Shown here: positions 48,893-58,818 of the stretch, piece by piece | How positions within the stretch are numbered: position 1 is the stretch's first letter | How the letters are laid out: the number at the start of each line of letters is the position of its first letter | Origin: an uncultured bacterium | GTDB taxonomy: Bacteria > Omnitrophota > Omnitrophia > Omnitrophales > CAZLUT01 | NCBI GenBank assembly: GCA_964562805.1 | Contig: CAZLUT010000003.1 | Location: 6,707 to 70,706 of the forward strand | Reading direction: 5' to 3' | DNA length: 64,000 bases | Notes under the pieces: model-generated | The model's input: the letters and a program-made list of their open reading frames with translations, nothing else | What the model was told of the DNA's origin: nothing | Databases searched by the model: none | Translations under genes and position numbers: made by a program

Positions 48893-50128
48893 TTAAAAAT
48901 AAGATTCGAGCCACTCGCGAGCTTGAGAAGTCGCACGTGAAAGAAAGTTTTGGGTAGCTCTTTGCTGTTTAAGCGTTTTAAATGCCGCTTGCTGATGGCG
49001 GATTGCGCCCCAGACTGCGGTAAATTGCGAATTCCAATACTGCGGCTCGCTTGTTTCGACCCCAAAATTCTTAGGATTACCAAAACGGGTCCGAATTGAA
49101 AATCGATCCTCGATCTCTTCCAAGAGACCTTCCAGCTTTGAACCGCCGCCAGAAATTACGATTTCTGACAATCTTCCTTGTCCTTTCGCCTCAGCAATCT
49201 CTTTTTCAAGTCTTTGCCAAAAAGGAGTCAAATTTTTACTTAGAAATTCTCGCAATTGTCCGCGCTTTAAGGTTTCGATGCCGTATTCATTCCGTGAAAT
49301 AGGGAGGCTTTCTTCATCAGTAGGGCCCGGCAGAAGAGTTCCAAATTCCTCTTTGAGCCGGCGGGCTTCACCGACCTTTAAATGATAACGATCAATTAAA
49401 TTTTGGGTTAAAGCATCGCACCCCCATGAGAAAGAATTGGAATAGCAAAGAATATTGTCTTTAAAATAGATAAGATCCGTTGCATAGCCGCCAATATCCA
49501 TCAAAAGGACTCCATCTTTTTTTTCATCCTCCTCCAGAACACAGTATGACGCCGAAAACGCTTTGGGTATTATCGTCTTCAGCTCGGCTTCGCATCGGTC
49601 AAACAGTTTAGTCAAATTCCGATAGACCTCAGAGCTGATCGTAAAAATACGAAGACTGACGCCAAGTCTCTCCGCTTCTAAATCCAGCGGGTTTTGTATC
49701 CCCCGGGAATCATTGACCCAGTATTCTTGCGGAACGCTTTGAATAATTGTTTCTTTGAGCGGTACCATCGACACATTGCGTGTTTGACGAATGACTTCAT
49801 CCAAGTCGTCCGTCTGAATTGTATGTTTCGCTGTCGAATAAAAAATAGAGCTCGCGAAAGAATATCCTTTAATATCGGGGGAAGATAAAACTAGGGTGAT
49901 TTCGGGAAAATTGTCCAATCCGGCATCGTCAAAAAGACTTCGTGCCTCGCGGGAAGCTAGCTCTAGATCACTGATTCTGCCATGGTAAAAACCTTGCGAA
50001 GAAACCGCTTTAAAATAAATTAGTTTGGGATGGGCTAAATTGGAAAAATCAACACGAGCCAGCACAAACTTGCTGGCGCCCAAAAAAAAATAATTATTAA
50101 TTTTGCTATTTTTAAAGTTTAAAGCCAT
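48893..50128 (-). CDS. ftsA: Cell division protein FtsA (divergent)
   Basis: PQEYWVND..I.NP, EKKDGVLLMDIGG, ISGGGSKL, C-terminal amphipathic helix; follows ftsQ. Confidence 0.85.
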   Translation of the reverse strand: MALNFKNSKINNYFFLGASKFVLARVDFSNLAHPKLIYFKAVSSQGFYHGRISDLELASREARSLFDDAGLDNFPEITLVLSSPDIKGYSFASSIFYSTAKHTIQTDDLDEVIRQTRNVSMVPLKETIIQSVPQEYWVNDSRGIQNPLDLEAERLGVSLRIFTISSEVYRNLTKLFDRCEAELKTIIPKAFSASYCVLEEDEKKDGVLLMDIGGYATDLIYFKDNILCYSNSFSWGCDALTQNLIDRYHLKVGEARRLKEEFGTLLPGPTDEESLPISRNEYGIETLKRGQLREFLSKNLTPFWQRLEKEIAEAKGQGRLSEIVISGGGSKLEGLLEEIEDRFSIRTRFGNPKNFGVETSEPQYWNSQFTAVWGAIRHQQAAFKTLKQQRATQNFLSRATSQAREWLESYF

Positions 50129-50129
50129 T

Positions 50130-50942
50130 CTATGAACCCTTTTTCTTTAATTTAACAATTACGTCCTGAAACCGCAAGTCCAGATAATGGAGTTTTCCTC
50201 TGACATCCGAATGTAAAAGCGTTTCGATATTCCGGATCTTTCCCAGATTATTCAAATCATTTCCCACACGAAATTCTATTCCCTCCCGCGTAACAAACGT
50301 CCAAAATCCGATTTCATTAACATAAACTTTTTGAATCTGTTCTTTTTGGAACAAAGAACTGTTCTTTAAAGAATCCATATACTCGCTGATCTGTATAATA
50401 TGTGATGAATGATAATCCGTACCCACCATATGAGGAATAGGACGAACTGAAGTATCGCTATAGATTAAAAACTCCGGGTGAGGATCCGAGGACACATCCG
50501 GCAGCAAAACACCATCTTGATCAATTAAAAAATATTGCTCTTTAAACGGCGAATAGATCTGAAGAACAGGGCTCCGCTCCTCAATGCGGGCCTCAAGACG
50601 ATTGGGAAATATTTTCTTAAACTTTGCCTTTCGAATTCGTGGGTGCGTCAGGGCTACTTCAACCAATTCATCGAGTTTAATCTCTAAAAGATCCATACCT
50701 TTTTTAAGTTCGGTTAATTTAAGCACCTCTCCAGGAGTTACCTTTTCTAGCCCTAAAATCCGGATCCCCTGAAGCTCCATGAGGCGCGCGGCATCAAGTG
50801 ACCGATGCACCCAAAAAAAACACAAGATTGTGACCATGAATAAAGAACCGAGAAGTAAAAAATTTCTGATTCCGTGCCCTCGGCGAAAACCGGGTTTTCT
50901 AAAGCCGAGCCGTGAAAGAGTTTTCTTAATTCGCTTAGGCAT
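50130..50942 (-). CDS. ftsQ: Cell division protein FtsQ/DivIB
   Basis: Single TM, POTRA domain (FPNRL...IEER), YLDLRF at the C-terminus. Confidence 0.88.
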   Translation of the reverse strand: MPKRIKKTLSRLGFRKPGFRRGHGIRNFLLLGSLFMVTILCFFWVHRSLDAARLMELQGIRILGLEKVTPGEVLKLTELKKGMDLLEIKLDELVEVALTHPRIRKAKFKKIFPNRLEARIEERSPVLQIYSPFKEQYFLIDQDGVLLPDVSSDPHPEFLIYSDTSVRPIPHMVGTDYHSSHIIQISEYMDSLKNSSLFQKEQIQKVYVNEIGFWTFVTREGIEFRVGNDLNNLGKIRNIETLLHSDVRGKLHYLDLRFQDVIVKLKKKGS

Positions 50943-51870
50943 TTACCATTCTTCTTTCGGCATATCGGACGATGGTCTCGCAAAGTTTCTTAAACGAAAT
51001 GCCGCGCGCCGAGGCCGCTTTTGGAAGCAGGCTCAGCTCCGTAAATCCCGGTATTGTGTTAGCCTCCAGCACATGCATTTTGCCTTTTTTATCTACCATT
51101 AAATCAATCCTCGAAAAATCCCGAAGCCCTAAAGCCCGGTGGGTTTTAAGAGCAAGCCGCCGGCTTGCCTGGTCGAGTTGTTTTGTGATTGGGGCTGGCA
51201 CCAAATAGTTAGTAAGCCCCGCTGTATATTTTGCGCGATAGTCATAAAAAGAGCGTTTTGGTTTTAATTCAATGACCGGCAAGGCTTCTTTACCCAATAT
51301 TCCTACCGTTAATTCGCGTCCTAATATTTGTTTCTCAATCAAAAGTTCATGCTCCCGGCCAAAAATTTTATCCGACTTTTTTTTAAACTCTCCTAAGGAC
51401 GCGACTTGAAAAATACCAATACTTGAACCGTCTTCGATCGGTTTACTAAAAATAGGAAAAGGGAAATTTTTTAATTTTTTCATAAAATTTTTTCGTGTTA
51501 CACAGACCCATTGCGGAGTTGGGATCTTCTTGAAATCAAAAAACTGCTTCGCCTTAATTTTATTAAAAGCCGCATAAGAACAATCGGCATTTGAACCCGT
51601 ATAGGCAATGCTTCTTTTTTGGAGCCATCTTTGAATCGTTCCATCCTCCCCTTGCTTGCCATGGAGCGCTATAAAGGCAATATCAATCGCGTTTTTCCGG
51701 ATACGGTCCGAAAATGATTTTCTAGTATCAATCTTGATTGTCTTGAAGCCGCTTTCCTTTAAGGCCCGGTAAATCGCATTGCCTGACTTGATAGAGATCG
51801 GACGCTCATTGGAGGAGCCCCCCAAAAAAACACCGATTCGTTTTTTACCGTTAGACGCCGACATATTCAA
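50935..51870 (-). CDS. ddl: D-alanine-D-alanine ligase
   Basis: GGSSNER, LHGKQGEDG, GSSIG, YDYRAKY, EANTIPG. Confidence 0.95.
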   Translation of the reverse strand: MNMSASNGKKRIGVFLGGSSNERPISIKSGNAIYRALKESGFKTIKIDTRKSFSDRIRKNAIDIAFIALHGKQGEDGTIQRWLQKRSIAYTGSNADCSYAAFNKIKAKQFFDFKKIPTPQWVCVTRKNFMKKLKNFPFPIFSKPIEDGSSIGIFQVASLGEFKKKSDKIFGREHELLIEKQILGRELTVGILGKEALPVIELKPKRSFYDYRAKYTAGLTNYLVPAPITKQLDQASRRLALKTHRALGLRDFSRIDLMVDKKGKMHVLEANTIPGFTELSLLPKAASARGISFKKLCETIVRYAERRMVNA

Positions 51871-52759
51871 CTTCGCTTTCTAAGTTAACTTGAAATTCTT
51901 TAAACACTTTTTCCTGAATCAACTGGATTAATTCCAAAACATCCTGAGCCTTGGCTCCCCCTTTATTGACGATAAAATTACCGTGAACTTGGGAAATTTC
52001 TGCGCCCCCCACCCGAACTCCTTTTAAGCCCAAGCGGTCTACCATTTCCCCAACTGTCCACTCGGAAGGTGCCGGATTTTTAAAGATGGAGCCGGCGCTC
52101 GGATGATTCCAATCCTGAACTTGTTTACGGTAACTGCGGCCCTGGGCAATCCTTTCCTGTATTTTTTTAGGATCTTCCGGTGTTAAATAAAACACAGCGT
52201 GTAAAATTAAATTACCTCTCAAACTTGAGCTTCGGTAACCAAAATGAATCTTATCTTTTTTGAGCCGTTCAAAATTACCCTCGGGCGTCAATAAGCTAAC
52301 CTCTTCCAAGCAATGCGATATTTCCTGCCGCTCACCTGAACTGTTCTTACCGAATCCGGCATTCAGAATCAAAGCGCCTCCCACGGTTCCCGGAATCAGG
52401 TCGAGAAATTCGAGACCGCCCAAACTCTCCTTTTTGAGTTTTGAAACAAATTGGTGCAATGAAATACCGCTGGAAACCTCGACCTGAGAATCTTTTGCCC
52501 GAAAAAAATTTTTTTCAAACTCTGACATATTTAAAATCAAGCCGGAATATCCCTCATCAGCAAACAAGGTATTAGAACCAGCGCCTAAAATGCGAAGCGG
52601 CACCCCTTCACGTTCCCGAAATTTGAGCACATAAAGAAGTTCCGTTAAATTTTTAGGGGTCGCATAAAACCGGGCCAAGCCGCCGATTTTGAAACTTGTA
52701 TGAGGCGCTAACGGCTCATTAAAACGTATATTAAGTTCTAAATCGGACAGCAAACGCAT
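51851..52759 (-). CDS. murB: UDP-N-acetylenolpyruvoylglucosamine reductase
   Basis: GAGSN, IPGTVGGA, YRSS, SAGSIFKNP, HGNF. Confidence 0.95.
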   Translation of the reverse strand: MRLLSDLELNIRFNEPLAPHTSFKIGGLARFYATPKNLTELLYVLKFREREGVPLRILGAGSNTLFADEGYSGLILNMSEFEKNFFRAKDSQVEVSSGISLHQFVSKLKKESLGGLEFLDLIPGTVGGALILNAGFGKNSSGERQEISHCLEEVSLLTPEGNFERLKKDKIHFGYRSSSLRGNLILHAVFYLTPEDPKKIQERIAQGRSYRKQVQDWNHPSAGSIFKNPAPSEWTVGEMVDRLGLKGVRVGGAEISQVHGNFIVNKGGAKAQDVLELIQLIQEKVFKEFQVNLESEVEYVGV

Positions 52760-54110
52760 CGGCTATCTCACTTATATCACCCGCACCCATAAAAGCAAAA
52801 AGCTCGCCTTCAGGTGCTTCGGATGGTTTTAAAGCGTTGAGTAAATTGTTTTTTTCAATAAATGAAGCGTTATTGTGACCATGCCGACGGATAGTTTTAA
52901 GCATTTCCCGAGCTGAAATTTTTTCGTTATTCATTTCACCTGCTCCATATATATCAGTGACAACGATCCGGTCAGCATCCGCAAAGGAAGAACCAAACTC
53001 TTCCAACATGTTTCGAATACGAGAAAAACGATGAGGCTGAAAAACAGCCGTAACTTTTTTACCATAGCTTTTAAGCGCTCGAAGGCTCGCTTGGATCTCT
53101 GTCGGATGATGCGCATAATCGTCTACGACAAGTAAGTCTGATGTTTCAAGTTTTACCTCAAGCCTCCGGCCGGTACCTTTAAAATCCGCCATTCGGGCAA
53201 TAACCTCATCCGGTGATGAACCAAAAGCAATGACCAACGCGAGGGCCGCTATCGAATTCGAAACATTATGGAGACCGGGCATTCCGAGTTTAATGCGTCC
53301 CAATTTTTTTTGGCTTCGATAGAGAGAATATTCCGAACTTTTTGAATCTAAGTGAATATCATGCGCCCAAAAATCAGCTTGGTGTGAAAAACCATAAGTA
53401 ATAAGAGGTTTTGAATAATCCGTAAATAATTTCAAAAGTTCCTCATCGTCATGATTGATCAAAAGTAAACCTCCCTCACGGGTTTGCGAGCCGTAATCCT
53501 TAAAGCAGGCCTTAATCTCTTCAAAGTCTTTATAATGATCCAGATGTTCTTTTTCGACATTTGTAATCAATGAGTAGAGCGGTTCATACCGTCTATGCGA
53601 TTTATCACTTTCATCCACTTCGGCAATATAAAGATCGTCTGAGCCCAGCAAAACATTGTCATCATGATTCAGCAATATTCCGCCAATCAGACAAGTAGGC
53701 TTCCAGCCGATTTTTTCTGCTAAAAAAGAAATCATGGCCGTTGTGGTCGTCTTCCCGTGGGTTCCTGTAATGCCCATTGAAGGCCTTTTGTTTAACAGCT
53801 CGGCTAAAACCTCAGAGCGGTGCATTAAAGGAATGCCAAGTTGCCTGGCTTGCCTGACTTCCAAATTGCTGTCACTGATCGCGGTGGAATAAACAAGAGC
53901 ATCGATCGTGGGGTCTAGTTTTCCGTCATGACCCGAGAACACGCGGATTCCCGCCATTCTCATCTTTTCAAAACAGCTTCCCTCCTTTTGGTCAGTTCCG
54001 CTCACTTTAAACCCTAAATGATTCAGTGTTTTGGCTAAAGCACTCATGCCAACACCACCGATTCCGACAAAATGAAAATGGCGCTTATTCGGAAAAAGTT
54101 TCTTCTTCAT
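52731..54110 (-). CDS. murC: UDP-N-acetylmuramate-L-alanine ligase
   Basis: GIGGVGMS, GTHGKTTTT, EVDESD, DDYAHHPTE, FQPHR. Confidence 0.96.
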   Translation of the reverse strand: MKKKLFPNKRHFHFVGIGGVGMSALAKTLNHLGFKVSGTDQKEGSCFEKMRMAGIRVFSGHDGKLDPTIDALVYSTAISDSNLEVRQARQLGIPLMHRSEVLAELLNKRPSMGITGTHGKTTTTAMISFLAEKIGWKPTCLIGGILLNHDDNVLLGSDDLYIAEVDESDKSHRRYEPLYSLITNVEKEHLDHYKDFEEIKACFKDYGSQTREGGLLLINHDDEELLKLFTDYSKPLITYGFSHQADFWAHDIHLDSKSSEYSLYRSQKKLGRIKLGMPGLHNVSNSIAALALVIAFGSSPDEVIARMADFKGTGRRLEVKLETSDLLVVDDYAHHPTEIQASLRALKSYGKKVTAVFQPHRFSRIRNMLEEFGSSFADADRIVVTDIYGAGEMNNEKISAREMLKTIRRHGHNNASFIEKNNLLNALKPSEAPEGELFAFMGAGDISEIADAFAVRFRT

Positions 54111-55225
54111 TGTGAATTATCTAACACCTCATTGAATAAATTTTTGAGACGGCCCGCACTGTCTAGGATACTATTTTTTTTCGCGTTGTCACTCATGGAT
54201 TTTAGTATTTCAGGTCTTTTTAGAAGCCTCCCGGTAAGACCCGTTAACGCTTCAGATGTTAAATCTTTTTCCTCGACCACTTCGCAAGCTCCGCGACTTT
54301 CTAAAAACTTCGCGTTTTCCAGCTGATGAGAACCGGCATAAGGATACGGAATCAATAAACTTGGGATTCCAAAGGCCATTAGTTCAAAAATGGTGCCGGC
54401 ACCGGCTCTAGCAATTACCCAGTGGCTCCATTGATAAAGTTTTTCCATTTCATCACTGAACGGCAAAATTTCGTATTCAAGTTCCCGGGGTAAAGACTTA
54501 TAACAGCTAGATACTTCTTCTAAATGCCTCGTCCCTGCAATATGTTTGATGCTAAATTTGGTCATTTCCTCGGCTGACAAGCCCTTCCACGCCTCGGCAA
54601 CAATCTGGTTAAGAAAGTGAGAGCCTTGACTACCTCCCAATACTAAGATATTAATTTTATCGGCTTTTTTGGGAGGAAAATAAAGAAAATCGTGGGCGCT
54701 TTTTGCTAAAGAATTTCTAAGAGGATTACCTGTGACAACAGTTTTTTGGTTCACTAATTCTGTCTCGGGAAAACTAAGCGCAACACGGTCCGCTATCCCT
54801 TTTAACATTTTATTGGCTTTTCCAAAAACAGCATTTTGCTCATGAATAATTGTTGGAATACGCATTGCTTTAGCTAAACAAACCGCTGGGAAAGAAAGAA
54901 AGCTTCCAAAACCCATAACCAAAACCGGTTTTTCTTTAAGCAAAATAAACATGATCCGAAACGAATTAACAATGAATCTAAGGGTGAACAAAATCATCCG
55001 TGGACTAATCCCGCTTGGCAACGGAAAGGCTTTCACACGATAAATTTTAAAATCCTCCAGCTCTCGCGGTACTTTCCAATTAGGATTCGGGGCTAATATG
55101 AATCGAATTTGACAGTCCGTAGTATCTTGGATTCTATGGGCTGTTGCTAATGCGGGAAATAAATGCCCACCTGACGAACCCGTTGCAATGAGTATTGTAT
55201 TAGATTTGTTCTTTCCCTTTTTCAC
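54107..55225 (-). CDS. murG: Lipid II GlcNAc transferase MurG
   Basis: GSSGGH, HEQN, GNPLR, GGSQG, RAGA, HQLENA. Confidence 0.95.
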   Translation of the reverse strand: MKKGKNKSNTILIATGSSGGHLFPALATAHRIQDTTDCQIRFILAPNPNWKVPRELEDFKIYRVKAFPLPSGISPRMILFTLRFIVNSFRIMFILLKEKPVLVMGFGSFLSFPAVCLAKAMRIPTIIHEQNAVFGKANKMLKGIADRVALSFPETELVNQKTVVTGNPLRNSLAKSAHDFLYFPPKKADKINILVLGGSQGSHFLNQIVAEAWKGLSAEEMTKFSIKHIAGTRHLEEVSSCYKSLPRELEYEILPFSDEMEKLYQWSHWVIARAGAGTIFELMAFGIPSLLIPYPYAGSHQLENAKFLESRGACEVVEEKDLTSEALTGLTGRLLKRPEILKSMSDNAKKNSILDSAGRLKNLFNEVLDNSQ

Positions 55226-55293
55226 CTATTATGTATTCGCCTTTTATCCTTTTAGTCTCTCGGTTTTCAACTCTGGGGATCCTTGCCCCTCAC

Positions 55294-55321
55294 TAGTTAC
55301 TAACCACTAGCCACTAACCAC
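55294..55321. repeat. Heptamer tandem repeat, family B
   Basis: tagttac/taaccac/tagccac/taaccac. Confidence 0.65.
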
Positions 55322-55328
55322 TTTCTGG

Positions 55329-56438
55329 TCACCTTTTTCTCTTCTTCCCCTTGTACAGTTTCCTATCAACGCCTAAAATCAGCCCGACAGCTATCATATT
55401 CATAATCAGAGATGAACCCCCGTAACTTACGAACGGTAAAGGCAGCCCCTTTGTGGGGATCATTCCCGTAGCTACCATAATATTAATAAACGCCTGAATC
55501 AAAATCATAAGCACAAGACCCCGGACATATAGATTTAAAAATAAATCCTTTGATTTTCGCGTAATGTTAAAACCAAAAACAAAAAACGCGACAAAAAGAA
55601 GAACAATAACTAAAGCGCCGATAAGCCCCAGCTCTTCTCCGATGATCGAAAAAATGAAATCGGTAAAACTTTGCGGCAAATAAAATAATTTTTGGGTGCT
55701 GGCACCCAAACCCAACCCCTTCCAGCCGCCGATCCCAAAAGCGATGAAGGACTGAATGATTTGAAAGCCGCCGCCTCTTGGATCGCGCCAAGGATCCAGA
55801 AAAGCCGTAATGCGCGCCATACGGTACGGAAAAAGTATAACTAGAAAAACTACCATAGGCAGTATTGTTAAAGCCATCCCAAAAATATATCGAAGCCGGA
55901 TACCCGAAAGAAAAAAGAGAGTAATGGTTAATAAAAAATAAATAATCACCGAACCCAAATCAGGCTGCGCCAAGACAAGAATAGAAAACAAGGAAAAGAC
56001 ACATAAGGGCGGAATAAAAACTTTCCAGTCGCCCCTTTGAATTTCGCGAAACTTTCTGGAAAGATAATCCGCCAGATAAAGCGTTAAAATAATTTTAATA
56101 AATTCGGCCGGCTGCAAATTAATAGGACCCAATTTGATCCAGCGGCTGGCGCCTCCTCCTGCTTGAGATAGGAAGGGCAAATACACCAGGGTCAACGCGA
56201 CAACTCCCCCAATCACCAAGACAAGACTATTCTGCTTTAGCCATCCGGGATCAATGAGAGATGCGCCCATCATTAAGAAAAATCCAAGAAGCACGTAGAT
56301 TAACTGACGTTTTAAGAAATAAAAAGAGTCCCCAAAATGCTGATAGGCAAATATAGCGCTCGCGCTATAAATCATAATAATACCGAGCGCTGCCAGCGTT
56401 AAAGTGACAATTAAGAGACGGAAACCGTTTTGTGACAT
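55329..56438 (-). CDS. ftsW: SEDS peptidoglycan polymerase FtsW
   Basis: RWI, QPAEFIK, QPDLG, TDFIF, GEELG, PTKGLPLPFVSYGGS; located between murD and murG. Confidence 0.94.
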   Translation of the reverse strand: MSQNGFRLLIVTLTLAALGIIMIYSASAIFAYQHFGDSFYFLKRQLIYVLLGFFLMMGASLIDPGWLKQNSLVLVIGGVVALTLVYLPFLSQAGGGASRWIKLGPINLQPAEFIKIILTLYLADYLSRKFREIQRGDWKVFIPPLCVFSLFSILVLAQPDLGSVIIYFLLTITLFFLSGIRLRYIFGMALTILPMVVFLVILFPYRMARITAFLDPWRDPRGGGFQIIQSFIAFGIGGWKGLGLGASTQKLFYLPQSFTDFIFSIIGEELGLIGALVIVLLFVAFFVFGFNITRKSKDLFLNLYVRGLVLMILIQAFINIMVATGMIPTKGLPLPFVSYGGSSLIMNMIAVGLILGVDRKLYKGKKRKR

Positions 56439-57694
56439 TTTATCGCTATTTCATTTACTAGTTTTTTAAATTGCCTGCCCCGATCTTCATAGTTTTGAAA
56501 CATATCAAAACTGGCGCAAGCGGGAGAAAAAAGTATTGTATCCCCCGCGGCAGAAAAGCGCGCGGCGCTCTCGATCGCCTCTCTCAACGAAGCAGCCATT
56601 GTTACCTGCTCAAAGGAACTCACGGCAGTTTGGATTTCTTTTGCGGCTTCGCCAAAAAGAATAATATGTTTTGTCTTATTTTTGAGCAGATCCGTAATTT
56701 CTCTAAAATTACCCCCCTTATTTTTACCGCCCATAATAAGAACGACTGATTTCTCCATCTCTTGGAGCGCCCACTTCAAAGAAGAGATGTTGGTTGATTT
56801 TGAATCATTGATATAGACACGGCCATCATTTGAAGAAATTTTTTCCAAACGATGTTCGATACCTTGAAACTCTTTAAGCACCCGGAGAACCTTACGGCTA
56901 CTTAGCCGATATGCCTCGGCCGCTTTTAAGCAGGCATTCCAATTGGGATTACTTCCGGCTTCTTTGGTTCCTTTAAAAAACTTGGTCTTTGAAAAAATTT
57001 CTTTTGCACGATTCATGATCTCAGGGTCGTCCTGATTTAAAATGGCAAAATCATCTTTTGATTGGTTTTTAAACATTAAAAATTTCGCATCATAATATTC
57101 GGCCGTGCTCTGATGCCAATCTAAATGGTCGGGCTCCAAATTCAATACAATGCCCACATGAGGACAAAATTTATCAATATTGATCAGTTGAAAAGAACTG
57201 ACTTCAATAACCGGAATTAATTTTCCATGATTAACCCGATCAATTTCACCGATTAACGGATTTCCAATATTCCCGCAGCTCAAAGCTGCAATACCATTTT
57301 CTGAAAGTATCTGTGCGATCAAAGTTGTCACTGTTGTTTTCCCGTTAGTACCCGTAACAGCAATGTAGGGTATTTCGAGGAACCAGCTGGCAACTTCGAT
57401 TTCACTATAGAACGGGATTTTGAGAGAAATAATTTTTCGGTAAATGCTCGAGTCCGGTTTAATACCGGGGGAGATAACAATAAAAACCGACTTTTTTATT
57501 TTTTCTTCTGAGTGGCTCCCTATCTCAACATCAAACCCTTCCGTTTCGAGAAGCTTTTTCGTTTTTTCCGTTTTTTCGTTCTTAATATTTTCGCTTAAAA
57601 AAATCTGAGCTCCTCTAGAACGTAAAAATCTTGCGCTCTCCACTCCGCTTTTCCCAATTCCTAGAATTGTAATTTTTTTATTTTTAACTTCCAT
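56411..57694 (-). CDS. murD: UDP-MurNAc-L-Ala-D-glutamate ligase
   Basis: GTNGKTT, EVSSFQL, DHLDWH, NDSKSTN, SPACASFD. Confidence 0.96.
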   Translation of the reverse strand: MEVKNKKITILGIGKSGVESARFLRSRGAQIFLSENIKNEKTEKTKKLLETEGFDVEIGSHSEEKIKKSVFIVISPGIKPDSSIYRKIISLKIPFYSEIEVASWFLEIPYIAVTGTNGKTTVTTLIAQILSENGIAALSCGNIGNPLIGEIDRVNHGKLIPVIEVSSFQLINIDKFCPHVGIVLNLEPDHLDWHQSTAEYYDAKFLMFKNQSKDDFAILNQDDPEIMNRAKEIFSKTKFFKGTKEAGSNPNWNACLKAAEAYRLSSRKVLRVLKEFQGIEHRLEKISSNDGRVYINDSKSTNISSLKWALQEMEKSVVLIMGGKNKGGNFREITDLLKNKTKHIILFGEAAKEIQTAVSSFEQVTMAASLREAIESAARFSAAGDTILFSPACASFDMFQNYEDRGRQFKKLVNEIAIKCHKTVSVS

Positions 57695-57699
57695 TTCCC

Positions 57700-57727
57700 T
57701 CAGATCTCAGATCTTAGTTCTAATCCC
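57700..57727. repeat. Heptamer tandem repeat, family A
   Basis: tcagatc/tcagatc/ttagttc/taatccc. Confidence 0.55.
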
Positions 57728-57728
57728 T

Positions 57729-58817
57729 TTATCTTAATTTTAAGGTGCTTAATCCAATTAAGGCTAAAATAAGCGCGATGATCCAAAGCCTAATAGTCAC
57801 TTTTGTGTCGGGCCACCCCTTCAGCTGTAAATGGTGGTGGAATGGCGACATTAGAAAAATTCGTTTTCCGGTTAGCTTGAATGAGATGATTTGAATAATA
57901 ACCGAGAACGCTTCCCAGGCAAAAACACCTCCTATAATTAAAAGAACCAGTTCCTGTTTTACAAAAATTACGATAGCGCCCAAAGCACCTCCCAACGCCA
58001 AGGAGCCCGTATCTCCCATAAAAACACTGGCGGGAGGGGCGTTCCACCACAAAAAACCAATCCCAGCGCCGATTAAGGAGCCGGCAATTACCGCGAGTTC
58101 ACCTGTGCTTTCGATATACTGAATATTTAAATAATCGGCAAAAACAAAATTTCCTGTTAAATATGCTATCACTCCAAACGCCGCGGTCGCAAAGCAAAAG
58201 CACCCGATTGCCAATCCATCCATTCCATCCGTTAAATTGATCGCGTTTGACGTGCCTACCATCACACAGATAACAAGAGGAATATAAAAAATCCCCAAAA
58301 CCCAAACAACATTTTTAAAAAAGGGGACAGTAATTTTGGTATCAAAAGTCGGGTCCAGATATAGATAAACTGCAAAAATAGCAGCTAATGAAAGTTGTCC
58401 TATTAATTTTGTTCGAGAACTGATTCCTTTTGTATCTTGAAAACGTATTTTTAAATAGTCATCCACAAACCCTAAGATTCCATACCAAAGAATCACAATG
58501 ATCACGAGGATAGAAAAGCGGTTATGAAAATTCATCCACAAAAAATTTGAGAACAAAACACTTAAAATAATCAATACACCCCCCATCGTTGGGGTTTCTT
58601 TTTTATCTTTGTAGAAGCCGTGTATTTCTTCGGCATGAGGTCTTTTGGTGGAACCAACCGCTCGAATACGTTTTAAACAGCGGATAATCCAGGGGCCAAA
58701 AATAACACAGATTAAAAAAGCAGTCACGGCGGCCATAGCAGAACGAAAAGTAATATAGCGAAATACGTTGAAAAATATGTGTTCGTCGCCTAATGGGTAT
58801 AAAAATTCATAAAACAT
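57729..58817 (-). CDS. mraY: Phospho-MurNAc-pentapeptide translocase
   Basis: TPTMGG, GFVDDY, NLTDGMDGL, FMGDTGS, PFHHH. Confidence 0.97.
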   Translation of the reverse strand: MFYEFLYPLGDEHIFFNVFRYITFRSAMAAVTAFLICVIFGPWIIRCLKRIRAVGSTKRPHAEEIHGFYKDKKETPTMGGVLIILSVLFSNFLWMNFHNRFSILVIIVILWYGILGFVDDYLKIRFQDTKGISSRTKLIGQLSLAAIFAVYLYLDPTFDTKITVPFFKNVVWVLGIFYIPLVICVMVGTSNAINLTDGMDGLAIGCFCFATAAFGVIAYLTGNFVFADYLNIQYIESTGELAVIAGSLIGAGIGFLWWNAPPASVFMGDTGSLALGGALGAIVIFVKQELVLLIIGGVFAWEAFSVIIQIISFKLTGKRIFLMSPFHHHLQLKGWPDTKVTIRLWIIALILALIGLSTLKLR

Positions 58818-58818
58818 A

